Shown: piece by piece, positions 1-9,593 of the stretch | Numbering within the stretch: position 1 is the first letter of the stretch | Layout: the number at the start of each line of letters is the position of its first letter | Source of the DNA: Sedimentisphaerales bacterium | GTDB taxonomy: Bacteria > Planctomycetota > Phycisphaerae > Sedimentisphaerales > Anaerobacaceae | Length of the DNA: 64,000 nucleotides | NCBI GenBank assembly: GCA_040772485.1 | Contig: JAXGYC010000010.1 | Location: 384,001 to 448,000, forward strand | Direction of reading: 5' to 3' | The notes under the pieces: generated by a model | The model's database searches: none | What the model saw: only the letters and a program-made list of their open reading frames with translations | Told to the model about the DNA's origin: nothing | Position numbers and translations under genes: made by a program

Positions 1-882
1 AGCGTCATATCGCGGGTGCCAGGCGCGGGTGAAAGGCAGATCGTAGAGTGTGTCCAACTCCTGGGCGCTGAGCGGCTCGGCGGAAGGCATCACCACCAGC
101 GTGCCGGGGTCCTGCTCCTGAACGACCGGTCGCCCTTGCAGCCCGGCCTGCAACTGGTACTGCTGATGGGTCGCGATGAACAGCGATTTGTCGTCGTTCT
201 GCTGCGACAGCGAAGGCAGACGCACCGCGTTGTCGGGGACCGCGATCCCCTTGTGGGCGATGTACGCTGTGCCGGGGATGTCGGTCAGCTCGTGAATCGA
301 CCGGCCCGCGTTCAGCCGGGCCGCGACCTCGGCCACGGCCCGTTCGCCCATGCCATGGATCAGCAGGTCGGCCTTGGCGTCGACCAGGACGGACCGCTTG
401 AGCTGGTCCTCGATGTAGTCGTAATGGACCAGACGCCGGAGGCTGGCTTCCAGCCCGCCCAGCACGATGGGCACGTCGCGATAGGCCTCGCGGACGCGGG
501 CCGAATAGACCAACAGCGGCCGGCTCGGCCGCAGGCCCGTGACGCCGCCCGGGCTGTAGACGTCCTGCCAGCGCCGGTGGCCCAGCGACGCGTAGTCGTT
601 CAGCCGCGAATCGATGCAGCCGCTCGTAATCCCCCAGAACAGACGGGGTCTTCCGAATGCCCGGAACGGCTCAACGCTTCGCCAGTCGGGCTGGGCCAGG
701 ACGGCGACGCGATAGCCCAGCTTCTGGAGCCAGCGTCCGATCAAGGCGGCGCCGAAGGATGGGTGGTCCACGTAGGCATCGGCTGTAATCAGAATGACGT
801 CCGCCTGGTCCCAACCCCTGCGGCGCAGCTCCTCGGCCGTCGTCGGCAGGAATCGATCAATATACTCGGCGTTCTTGCTCAT
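1..882 (-). CDS. YgiQ/UPF0313-family radical SAM protein, N-terminal part (runs off the window)
   Basis: Absent from the ORF track. Manual minus-strand translation from ATG 882 gives [15 protein letters not shown]...[28 protein letters not shown]...AQPDW...[15 protein letters not shown], the hallmark YgiQ N-terminal motifs. Confidence 0.9.
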   Translation of the reverse strand, partial: MSKNAEYIDRFLPTTAEELRRRGWDQADVILITADAYVDHPSFGAALIGRWLQKLGYRVAVLAQPDWRSVEPFRAFGRPRLFWGITSGCIDSRLNDYASLGHRRWQDVYSPGGVTGLRPSRPLLVYSARVREAYRDVPIVLGGLEASLRRLVHYDYIEDQLKRSVLVDAKADLLIHGMGERAVAEVAARLNAGRSIHELTDIPGTAYIAHKGIAVPDNAVRLPSLSQQNDDKSLFIATHQQYQLQAGLQGRPVVQEQDPGTLVVMPSAEPLSAQELDTLYDLPFTRAWHPRYDA

Positions 883-1073
883 GGGACGATTATACCACGG
901 GGCCGCTGGCGATGTTCGGAACACCGAATGCCAATCGCCAACCCTCAGCCGTACGAATCATATTTTCGGAAAGATCCTCGCCCGCAGACGGCGATTCTGT
1001 TATTCTGATGTCGGCTTCCTGATCCTGGTGCCGTGCCGGGCTTTTGATCCGGCTTACCGCAGGAGCGTCGAGA

Positions 1074-1370
1074 ATGACACATGACGAAGCGCTCATGCTG
1101 ATCATCTCCTGTGCGGTGGTCGTCGAGATCGTCGCGACGTACCGCCACCTTCGGAAGATTCCGCACGCATTGCTGATCCTCGGCAGTTTCGCCGGTCTGG
1201 TCCTGGGCAGCCTGAGCACCGTGGTCGAAGGCTTCCTCTGGGCCGAGCTGTTCAACTGGCTGGAGCACCTAGCGTTGATGGCAGGAGCGATCCTGCTGAC
1301 CCTGTGGTGCGCTCTCGTGTTCGGACCCTGGAACCGGAGGGTCCCTGATGCGCCCGATGGCATATCTTGA
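1074..1370 (+). CDS. Small membrane protein (about 3 TM helices)
   Basis: Hydrophobic ORF with an AGGAG RBS before ATG 1074; overlaps the kinase start. Confidence 0.65.
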   Translation: MTHDEALMLIISCAVVVEIVATYRHLRKIPHALLILGSFAGLVLGSLSTVVEGFLWAELFNWLEHLALMAGAILLTLWCALVFGPWNRRVPDAPDGIS

Positions 1371-2340
1371 TCTGATATCTTTTACTGCCAGTGCAATCGC
1401 GGCGGCGTTTATCGTTCGCGGCTGCAAGCGGACGAGCTTTGCGCCGGCGGTCCCGATCCTCCTGGCCGTTCTGCTGGCCCTGATGGCGTGCTACCACGCC
1501 GCCCTTTTCCTCGAGTGGTCGGGGCTGACCGCCGGACTGGACTGGGTGGAGGACATCGCGGGGCTCTTCATCCCCTTCACCTGGGCCTTCGTCCTGTATG
1601 CGTTCGTCAAGAACACCGTCGAGGACGAGCTGCGAGCCTACCAGCAGAGGCTTCGATCGCTGGCGTCGGAGTTGTCCCTGACCGAGGAACGCGAGCGGCG
1701 ACGGATTGCCGCGGGACTCCATGACTACGCCTGTCAGAACCTCGTTCTGTCCAAGATGAAGCTCCAGGGCTTGCCTGTGACCGAGACGGACGAGGTCGAA
1801 GGCATCTGCGATACCATCGATAAGACAATCGAAAGCGTGCGCGGGCTGATCTTCGATCTCAGTTCGCCGACGCTGTACAAGTTCGGCCTCGAAGCGGCTC
1901 TGGAGGAACTGCTGGAGGATAAGGTGAAGGCCCAGTACGGCATCGACTGCACCTTTCGCGACGACGGCGCCGCCAAACCGCTGGCGGAAGACATCCGCAT
2001 CGTGCTGTTCCAGTCCGTTCGCGAACTGCTGATCAACACCATCAAGCACGCGCAGGCCCGCGCCGTGACCGTGGACATCGGGCGTCTCGATGGCTCGATC
2101 CAGATCAAGGTGACGGACGATGGGATCGGCTTTGACGTGGAGGAGGCCCTGACCGGCACTTCGCATCGTCGGGGGTTCGGCCTGTTCCACATCCGCGAAC
2201 GCCTGGATTTCCTCGGCGGCCGTCTCGACATGGAGTCCCGGCCCGGCCGGGGAAGCCGCTTCACACTCCTGGCCCCTCTGGAGACAGGGACCACCGTCGC
2301 TCGCAAGACCCCCGACAGCTCCGAGGACTCCGCCCGCTGA
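1357..2340 (+). CDS. Membrane sensor histidine kinase (HisKA_3/NarX-DesK type)
   Basis: Three TM segments, ERRRIAAGLHD H-box, ELLINTIKHA N-box, DDGIGF and GFGL G-boxes. Confidence 0.9.
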   Translation: MAYLDLISFTASAIAAAFIVRGCKRTSFAPAVPILLAVLLALMACYHAALFLEWSGLTAGLDWVEDIAGLFIPFTWAFVLYAFVKNTVEDELRAYQQRLRSLASELSLTEERERRRIAAGLHDYACQNLVLSKMKLQGLPVTETDEVEGICDTIDKTIESVRGLIFDLSSPTLYKFGLEAALEELLEDKVKAQYGIDCTFRDDGAAKPLAEDIRIVLFQSVRELLINTIKHAQARAVTVDIGRLDGSIQIKVTDDGIGFDVEEALTGTSHRRGFGLFHIRERLDFLGGRLDMESRPGRGSRFTLLAPLETGTTVARKTPDSSEDSAR

Positions 2341-2432
2341 CGCGATCGGGTCTGGCACCGCATTCCAATCTTCAGATCGATCCCGATCGAAGCGCGTCAG
2401 GACGGGAAATCCACGCGTCGTCGGATTCCGGG

Positions 2433-2460
2433 TTGACATTGGGCGCACAAGAGATACTAT
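2433..2460 (+). promoter_or_regulatory. Sigma70-like promoter, probably giving a leaderless padR mRNA
   Basis: TTGACA-16 nt-TACTAT ending 6 nt before ATG 2467. Confidence 0.55.
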
Positions 2461-2466
2461 TGGAGT

Positions 2467-2862
2467 ATGTCGAATAGTTGCCGCCAGCTTCGTCACTGCG
2501 TCTGCACGGGCCGGTCTCTGGACCGGATGCTGCGTCCGGCAGTTCTGACGGTCTTGTGCGATCACCGGCAGGGCCTGCACGGGTACGCCATTGAGAAGCA
2601 GTTGCAGGTCTTCGGTTTCTTCCGCGAGCAGTTGCCCGACTACACAGGACTCTACCGGCTCCTGAAACGCATGGAGGCCGAGGGTCTGCTCTCGTCGACG
2701 GAGCAAGATTCGCAGGCCGGGCCCTCCAGGCGCATGTTCCGGCTTACCAACCGAGGCGAGAACTGCCTGTCGCGCTGGTTCGCCAGTCTCACGGAGTATC
2801 GGCGGATGCTCGACGACCTGCTCGGGCATATCGGCAGGAGTATAGAAGGCAGAGTGACCTGA
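2467..2862 (+). CDS. PadR-family transcriptional regulator with Cys-rich N-terminus
   Basis: HGYAI...GLYRLLKRMEAEGLL...GPSRRMFRLTNRG winged-helix pattern. Confidence 0.85.
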   Translation: MSNSCRQLRHCVCTGRSLDRMLRPAVLTVLCDHRQGLHGYAIEKQLQVFGFFREQLPDYTGLYRLLKRMEAEGLLSSTEQDSQAGPSRRMFRLTNRGENCLSRWFASLTEYRRMLDDLLGHIGRSIEGRVT

Positions 2863-2946
2863 TTGGGTCAAGCAGGAGCCAGCCGCTACAGTCTCGGCCC
2901 TCCAACTTGATATTGAGACGTTGGAGCTGTTGTCAGGGGAGAAACA

Positions 2947-4014
2947 ATGTCACGGGACGAACGGATTAAGGGGCTGCTGGCTGATGCGGCCGAGGGGCGG
3001 GCGATCAGCAAGGCGGAGGCGAAGACGCTCCTTTCGCTGCCGGAGAACTCCCTCGAAGCCGCCCTGCTGCGGTCGACGGCCGACCAAGTGTCACGCCGGC
3101 GTTTCGGAAACCACGCCCTGCTGCTCGGCCAGATCGGCGTGGACATGGAACCGTGCGACGGCGATTGCGCCTTCTGCTTCTTCGCCAAATCGCACACAAG
3201 CATCCAGGCGTCGGTGTTGCCGACCGAGGAGGTCATCGCCCGCTGCGAACGGTTTGCGGCCGGCGGGGCCCGGGGCGTCTTCCTGATGACGATGCACCGG
3301 TTCGGGTTCGAGTGGTTTCGCGACCTGTGCGTGACGCTGCGCCGTTCGATCCCCGCCCATCTGGAGATCCTCGCCAACGTCGGGGACGTAAATCTGTCGC
3401 AACTGCGCGAGCTGCGTGACGTGGGTGTCAGCGGCGCCTATCACGTCTGCCGGCTCCGCGAAGGAATCGATTCGTGCATGACGGCCGCACAGCGACGGGC
3501 GACCATCGAGCGGATCCTCGAGTCCGGCATGGCGTGGTACAACCTCTGCGAGCCGATCGGGCCGGAGCACACCGCCGACGAGCTGGCCGAACAGATATGG
3601 CTCGGGGTCGAGCTGCCCTGCCGCCAGCACGGGGCGATGCAGCGGTTCCCTGTCCCCGGCTCGCCGCTCTATGCCCACGGACAGATTTCCCTTGCGCGGC
3701 TCGGCCAGATCGTCGCGGTCGTCGCCCTGGCGACCGCCCACAAGAAGGAGACCGCCAGCATCGCGGTGAACGTGTCCAACATCGTGGGCCTGTTCAGCGG
3801 CGCCAACGCCTTCTTCCCGGAGGCCGGCGAGCCGCTGGCCGAAGATCGTCCGCCGGACCATCCCGCTGGGCCGGAGGGCTTTACCACCGCCCTGTGGCGC
3901 CAGAGCAACGAGATCACCACCGCCGACTGCCGCAACATGCTCACCGCCGCCGGCTTCTCGCACCTGATGGACACTCTGGGAAACCCGTGCAGAACCCTGT
4001 GCGCCGATGCCTGA
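2947..4014 (+). CDS. Biotin synthase-like radical SAM protein
   Basis: CDGDCAFC (CxxxCxxC) motif, BioB-like N-terminal helices, GANAFF near the C-terminus. Confidence 0.8.
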   Translation: MSRDERIKGLLADAAEGRAISKAEAKTLLSLPENSLEAALLRSTADQVSRRRFGNHALLLGQIGVDMEPCDGDCAFCFFAKSHTSIQASVLPTEEVIARCERFAAGGARGVFLMTMHRFGFEWFRDLCVTLRRSIPAHLEILANVGDVNLSQLRELRDVGVSGAYHVCRLREGIDSCMTAAQRRATIERILESGMAWYNLCEPIGPEHTADELAEQIWLGVELPCRQHGAMQRFPVPGSPLYAHGQISLARLGQIVAVVALATAHKKETASIAVNVSNIVGLFSGANAFFPEAGEPLAEDRPPDHPAGPEGFTTALWRQSNEITTADCRNMLTAAGFSHLMDTLGNPCRTLCADA

Positions 4015-4082
4015 TCTGCTGCGCGCACCTTACGCGTGAGGCAATAATTCACCCTGCGAACTGGTCCCAAAGGGTGTCCAAC

Positions 4083-5336
4083 TCAGTAGCTGCAATCGAT
4101 CGAGACTACGCGGCTGTTTTCGAGATCGACTACGGTCGTCACCAGGTCGCACCATGCGTCCATAATCCCGGCGGTGAGCCCGTCACGGGGCGGCGTATCC
4201 AGGCTGGCAAAGTACATATTGCAGATGAGGTATTTACGTCCCTGTCGGAGAAAGCCGGCGTACTCGCGATGGTACTGCGTGAAGTGTTCGAGGATGTACT
4301 CCATAGAGGAATGAGATTTCGTGGCGAGAGGATCGCTGGCCTTGACCGCCGCTTCGAGGTCCAGGCCCTCGATGTCATTGCGGCTGGGCGTCCAGACGTG
4401 GTCGAATTCGATTCCGTGCCCGGCGAGGAACCCGCCCACCGTGGCCGGAAGGGTGAAGATGACCTCATAGGGGCTCTGCCCGTCGGCATGCAAGACGACC
4501 ATGTTGGGTTCGTCGGGTCGTCGCATGCAGTCGAGCGGTGTCTGCCCGAGATCGTTCCGCGCATTCGGGTCCCCCTTCCGCTCCCTCAGCAGAGCGAAGA
4601 GGCTGGCATAGCCATTGACTGCCGCAATATGCAGAGGCGTGTCGCCCACCTGATCGGCACTGTTGATGTCCGCGCCATGGTCCAGAAGGAAGGTTGCCAT
4701 TTCAGTGTGGTTCGCCCAGACGGCACTATGCAGAGGCGTAGAGCCCCTCGCGGTCTGGGCATTGATGTCTGCCCCATGGGAGAGAAAAAGGCTTGCCCAC
4801 TTCGTCAGGCCTTCGGCGGCCGCCCCGTGCAACACGGTGCCCCCGCCATCCGCCGACAACCTGGGATCGGCGCCGGCGTCGAGCAGAATCTCGATCACCT
4901 CGTCGCGCCACACACGCCGAGCGCCCCACATGGCGTACTGCAGAGCGGTACATGCTCCGATGCGCCCATCTCTGACGTTGACGTCGGCTCCGCCGTCGAT
5001 CAGCCTGCGGATGACCGCCCCGTGGCCCTCGGTAATGGCCATGTGAAGAGGCGGGCCGTATGGGCCATCGGCATCTGGATCGGCGCCGTATTTCAAGAGC
5101 AGTTCCACCATGGCCGCGTGGCCTTGGTCAACTGCCCTATGGATCGGCATCCACCCATGACGATCCAGCGCGTTGGGACTAGCCGCGCCGACGGCCAGAA
5201 GGCGGCGCAGGCGAGAGAGGTCCCCACTGCTGACCGCCTTGTGAATTGGCAGTTCGCCGTCCGATCGCGAGGGCTGTCGCTTGCAGCCGCAGAACAGAAC
5301 AAGCAATGCCAGCCAGACCAATCCCGCACGTCTCAT
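4083..5336 (-). CDS. Ankyrin-repeat lipoprotein
   Basis: Signal peptide with lipobox-like LFCGC; multiple G.TPLH.A...GAD.N repeats. Confidence 0.88.
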   Translation of the reverse strand: MRRAGLVWLALLVLFCGCKRQPSRSDGELPIHKAVSSGDLSRLRRLLAVGAASPNALDRHGWMPIHRAVDQGHAAMVELLLKYGADPDADGPYGPPLHMAITEGHGAVIRRLIDGGADVNVRDGRIGACTALQYAMWGARRVWRDEVIEILLDAGADPRLSADGGGTVLHGAAAEGLTKWASLFLSHGADINAQTARGSTPLHSAVWANHTEMATFLLDHGADINSADQVGDTPLHIAAVNGYASLFALLRERKGDPNARNDLGQTPLDCMRRPDEPNMVVLHADGQSPYEVIFTLPATVGGFLAGHGIEFDHVWTPSRNDIEGLDLEAAVKASDPLATKSHSSMEYILEHFTQYHREYAGFLRQGRKYLICNMYFASLDTPPRDGLTAGIMDAWCDLVTTVVDLENSRVVSIDCSY

Positions 5337-5552
5337 CTCCGGCTCCTTCAAACAAGAACGCACCCTGTCCGCTACATATAAGGCACAAGCCGGAGGCAAA
5401 GCAACAGGGGAATTTCGCGGAGGCGGCAGTCAGGCACTGGTCCGCGCCGGTGATGCAGAGTGGGAAATAGAAAGGGGACATCGCACCCGGCTGTCGCGGT
5501 TCGTATGGATGCGACAACGGGGCGGATGTCCCCGGAATCGACGCAGTCGATT

Positions 5553-6449
5553 TCAGAAGTGATGCACCCAGCGGACCTGGAAGCGGTCGCCTTCGGGACG
5601 ATTCTTGACGCTGGTCTCGAAGTAGGCGTTGAAGAACAGATGGTCGTTCTGCGAGAAGCTGTACATCGCGCCGGGTCCGATGCCCAGGACCTGTTCGCGG
5701 CCGGAGACCTCCTCGCCGTCCACTTCCGAGTCGGTCACCTGCTTGAGGTAGTAGCCGTTGACGCCGGCCCGCAGCTTCTTGGGAATCAACTCATACGAGG
5801 CGGCGAAGTTGCAGTGGACCGCCTGGCCCGGCTGGACCTCCGTGTCATCGTTCTCATCGTTCCAGAGGTAGTGCACACGCCAGGACGCGGTGAGCTTGGG
5901 CGTGAAGAAGTAGGTGCCCGCCCAGTACGGATTGAACGAGAAGTGGTTGTTGCCGGGGTTCAGTCCCTTGTCGTCGTCGTATTTGCCCGTGGGCCAGATG
6001 GTCTGGAGCTCGACGCGGTGCATGAACTTGGGACCGTTGGCGCCCATGATCGGGTCCCACTGGAGGTACGGGCCAACGAGAATGTCGCCCACGCCGGTCC
6101 CGTTGTCGTCCAGGAGGCTGACGGCGTCGAAGCTGACGACCGGGACGATCACATCAAGGCCCCACTTGCCGCCGAACAGGATCGGGCGATCGGACTGGTA
6201 AATGAACTGGCTCAGACTGACCCACACATCCAGCTCCGGATCGAACGGAGGACCGTCGACCAGCTCATCGGCCGTGTAGTACTGGATGTACTCCGCGAAG
6301 TAAAAGCCGGGTCCAGCCGGCGGACCGCCATCCATGAAACTGGTGAAACCGAGGTTGACCGCCGGCTGATCGAACGCCGCAGCCGGCAGCGCCAGCAGGG
6401 ACACGAGCAACAGGCCCGCGCCGAACATAGATGGACGACAGCATTTCAT
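5553..6449 (-). CDS. SphA/Phenol_MetA_deg-family outer-membrane beta-barrel protein
   Basis: Signal peptide, [27 protein letters not shown]-terminal aromatic F; AGGAGG RBS. Confidence 0.8.
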   Translation of the reverse strand: MKCCRPSMFGAGLLLVSLLALPAAAFDQPAVNLGFTSFMDGGPPAGPGFYFAEYIQYYTADELVDGPPFDPELDVWVSLSQFIYQSDRPILFGGKWGLDVIVPVVSFDAVSLLDDNGTGVGDILVGPYLQWDPIMGANGPKFMHRVELQTIWPTGKYDDDKGLNPGNNHFSFNPYWAGTYFFTPKLTASWRVHYLWNDENDDTEVQPGQAVHCNFAASYELIPKKLRAGVNGYYLKQVTDSEVDGEEVSGREQVLGIGPGAMYSFSQNDHLFFNAYFETSVKNRPEGDRFQVRWVHHF

Positions 6450-6696
6450 AGCTTACCTCCTAAAACGGACACACATTGGCCTTCTTACACGAGAATCCGT
6501 TGAAAACCAGTCGCATGTTAATATCGGAAGTCCGTTCCCTGCGCGGCCACATTTTACCGACCTTTTTCCCCCGCGGCGAGTCCGAAATCGACACATTCTG
6601 CGCCGGTCGGACAAACGCCCGATTCCTCCGCAGCCCCTTTTCCAGCGTCCGGGAAAGCTCACCGCAAGAGGCAAACGTCCGATATCGCGTTAACTC

Positions 6697-7779
6697 CTAT
6701 GGCAGAAAGGACTTGGCGGCCGCCAGCTTCTCGGGCAGGTAGTGCTCGATCACGTAGTTGAGGTCGTGGACCGCAAAGGCCTGCTGCTCGGCCCTGACGC
6801 CCATGTCGAGCAATTGCTGGATGGCGTCCTGCCAGGGCTTGAAGTGCTGGACGAACGGGTCATTCTTCAGCGCATCCTTGGCCCGCTTGACGTCGACCTC
6901 CTTGAGGGGGTGGGTGGGGAGTTTGTAGTCGACGATGTCCTGGGGCGTGACTCCGAGAAAGCTGGCGTTGGGCACGCAGAAATAGCGGTTGATGTGTGCG
7001 GCGTTGCCCGAGCCAACCTTGAGGGTGCGGTAGATGTTGAACATCCCGTACGGATCGCAGTCTACGAAGGCGTAGACGGGCAGCTTCAGCTCGTCGGCCA
7101 GCCGACGGATGAAACGCCGGCACGCCCGCGTCGGCACGCCGCCCATCGAGACGAGGATGCAGTTGGCCTTGCGCCAGTAGCTGTGCTTGACGAGCCGCTG
7201 GAACATGCCGGCCGTCTCGATGGCGAGGATGAACTTGGCCTTGGTCTCGAACTTCAGGTGCTCGACCGAGATCGGGATCGAATAGGCGCCGGAGCCGAAC
7301 TGCGTGCAGTCGATCCGCAGAGGCTTGCCCGTGTCGGGCTGGCGATCGAAGACCACAAGCTGGCCGGCGATCTCGCCGCCCTTCTCTTCCGGGATGAAAC
7401 CGAGCTGCTCGCGGTTGACCTCGAACAGCGCCTCGATGTCGTCGAGCACGGTGTCCGATTCCGGCTGCTCGTCGAACCGCGCATCGTCCCAGTTCTTCGA
7501 GACGTAATATGCCTCTCGCTTGGTCATGATCTCGTCGTCCTCGACGAGCGTCTTGGCGGTGGACATCATGCGCAGCGTCTGGGCGAACGTCTTGACGGTT
7601 GCGACGGTCAGCGTGCGGGTCTTCCGCTTGCCCCGCAGTTCGAGAAAGCCGGTCTTCGGCAGGTACTTCACGTTGCTCAACGCGCGCAGCGGGAAAGACA
7701 GCGTGGGCTTGCCCTTGTGCTGAATCTTGTCCCGAACGGAGGCGGCGGTGTCCTTGATTCGATTGGCCAGCTTGCTCAC
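6697..7779 (-). CDS. top6A: DNA topoisomerase VI subunit A
   Basis: TKREAYY catalytic-Tyr motif, TOPRIM IETAG and DCDPYG, AEQQA; GTG start overlaps the top6B stop (GTGA). Confidence 0.93.
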   Translation of the reverse strand: MSKLANRIKDTAASVRDKIQHKGKPTLSFPLRALSNVKYLPKTGFLELRGKRKTRTLTVATVKTFAQTLRMMSTAKTLVEDDEIMTKREAYYVSKNWDDARFDEQPESDTVLDDIEALFEVNREQLGFIPEEKGGEIAGQLVVFDRQPDTGKPLRIDCTQFGSGAYSIPISVEHLKFETKAKFILAIETAGMFQRLVKHSYWRKANCILVSMGGVPTRACRRFIRRLADELKLPVYAFVDCDPYGMFNIYRTLKVGSGNAAHINRYFCVPNASFLGVTPQDIVDYKLPTHPLKEVDVKRAKDALKNDPFVQHFKPWQDAIQQLLDMGVRAEQQAFAVHDLNYVIEHYLPEKLAAAKSFLP

Positions 7780-9572
7780 GATCGGCTCCTTTCGAGGACG
7801 TCGGTCAACTGCGTCACGAGGGCCTGTTCCTGACGCTCGGTGAGGTCCAGCATCTCCCGAAGGGCGATGGCGACGTGGGGAATGTATTTCTGGATATAGG
7901 CTTTCTTCTTTTCCGATTCGGCGGCTTTGCGTCGCCGGCGGATGAACACCGCCAGCCGCCGGCCGCACTCCTGCAGCGCCAGCCGGACCTCCTTGATGAT
8001 CTCCGGGTAGTGCGCCACCGCCTCCTTGCTCTCGGAGGTGAACGGCACCCAGACCGACGCCATGTGCACGAGGATGACCAGCGGGCCTGAGGGCAGCGCG
8101 CCGTTGGCCTGCTGGAGGGCGTAGTTGCGCCAGTCCGTGGAGATCACCGACTTGGTCATCGCGCAGGCCGACTGCTGATAGAGCAGAGGCACGCGGTTGG
8201 CGTAGCGCAGCACGCGCGCCAGCCCGTCGGCCTCCAGCGAGCCGCCATAGGCGAGCCCGGCCTCAATCTGAAACGGATTGCCGCGATAGACGGAGGGTGG
8301 ACGCGTCACGGCGGTGTAGAAATCCGCCTCGATCTGCGTCTTGAGACCCGCCAGAATCAGCTCCTCGCCGATCGGGCTGAGACAATCGGTCGGCGGGTTC
8401 ATGATCTTCGTGTGGTTGATCGCTTTGAAGAGATTGTCCGCCTCCTGCCGGGCAATGCGCGAGGGCCGGGCCCGCTCGTAGAGTTTGGCGGCCTCGCAGA
8501 TCTGCCTGGCCACGCGCATGCTGACGCGGGAGAAGTCCGTGTGCAGAAAGGACTGGAGCGTCTGCGCCTTGGTGTCGTGGAGCATCTTGATGAGCACGCC
8601 CAGCTCGACGCCGTATGGGTGCGGCTTGATCTCCCGCGTCTCGACGGGCAACTGGTCCGTGGCCCGCTTGTAGTCCTTCACCTCGCCCTCGGGCGTGACG
8701 AACTGGAGCGAGACGTGCGGGTTGGCGATGGCGGTCTGTTCGAGGTACTCCTCCACCGACTGGCGGCCCTTCTGATACTTGGCTTCCAGTTCGATCTCGA
8801 CCTTGGTGCCGCGCTCGACGGGCCATTCGATCGTCTCATCGACGATGATTCGCGGCTCGTTCTTCTTGGTGTCGATCTCCAGTTCGTAGTGGTGAGCCGG
8901 CTTGTTGCGGCTGGTCTTCGACGTGATGGAAACGGGCTTGCCCGTGGTAAGCTGGCCGTACATGCCGGCCGCCGAGATGCCGATCCCCTGCTGGCCGCGC
9001 GACATCTTGAGCCGGTGGAACTTCGAGCCGTACAGCAGCTTCGCGAAGATCTTGGGAATCTGCGTCTTGACGATGCCCGGGCCGTTGTCCTCGATCGTCA
9101 CGCGGAAGCGATCCTCCTCCGAGCCGGGCGCGACGATCACCTTGACCTCGGGCAGGATGCCCCCTTCCTCACAGGCGTCGAGGGAGTTGTCCACGCCCTC
9201 CTTGATCGTCGTCAGCAGCGCCTTTCGCGGATTGTCGAAGCCGAGCAGGTGGCGGTTCTTGGTGAAGAACTCGGCCACCGAAATCTCGCGTTGGCCGCGA
9301 GCCATGTCCTCGGCGGTTGCGCGGCGGGCCGGCTGCTTCGTCGCTGGTCGCTCGTCGCTCGGGACGGGTGGCTCAGGCAGCGGCTCCGGCGTCGGGATCG
9401 GCTCGGGTTCCGCCTTTCTGCCCTTCCGTACCGCCTTTTTCGCAACCTTCCTGGCGGTCTTCTTCGGCGCCTTCTTTACCGTCTTCTTGACGAGCTTCCG
9501 TGCGCCCTTCTTGTGCTTCGTATGAACCGCCCCGGCTTTCGTCGCGGCGGCCTTCTTCCTGGCTTTTCCCAT
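7776..9572 (-). CDS. top6B: DNA topoisomerase VI subunit B
   Basis: ISVAEFF.KN.HLLGFDNP, GHKL motifs EGVDNSLDA, DNGPGI and SRGQQGIGIS, RYANRVPLLY, VPFTSESKE. Confidence 0.95.
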   Translation of the reverse strand: MGKARKKAAATKAGAVHTKHKKGARKLVKKTVKKAPKKTARKVAKKAVRKGRKAEPEPIPTPEPLPEPPVPSDERPATKQPARRATAEDMARGQREISVAEFFTKNRHLLGFDNPRKALLTTIKEGVDNSLDACEEGGILPEVKVIVAPGSEEDRFRVTIEDNGPGIVKTQIPKIFAKLLYGSKFHRLKMSRGQQGIGISAAGMYGQLTTGKPVSITSKTSRNKPAHHYELEIDTKKNEPRIIVDETIEWPVERGTKVEIELEAKYQKGRQSVEEYLEQTAIANPHVSLQFVTPEGEVKDYKRATDQLPVETREIKPHPYGVELGVLIKMLHDTKAQTLQSFLHTDFSRVSMRVARQICEAAKLYERARPSRIARQEADNLFKAINHTKIMNPPTDCLSPIGEELILAGLKTQIEADFYTAVTRPPSVYRGNPFQIEAGLAYGGSLEADGLARVLRYANRVPLLYQQSACAMTKSVISTDWRNYALQQANGALPSGPLVILVHMASVWVPFTSESKEAVAHYPEIIKEVRLALQECGRRLAVFIRRRRKAAESEKKKAYIQKYIPHVAIALREMLDLTERQEQALVTQLTDVLERSRS

Positions 9573-9593
9573 CCATTCCCTTCCTTGGACACC

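Noticed and set aside
16..1008. 330-aa plus-strand ORF
   Set aside because: Antisense shadow of the YgiQ-like gene on the minus strand; no motifs of its own.
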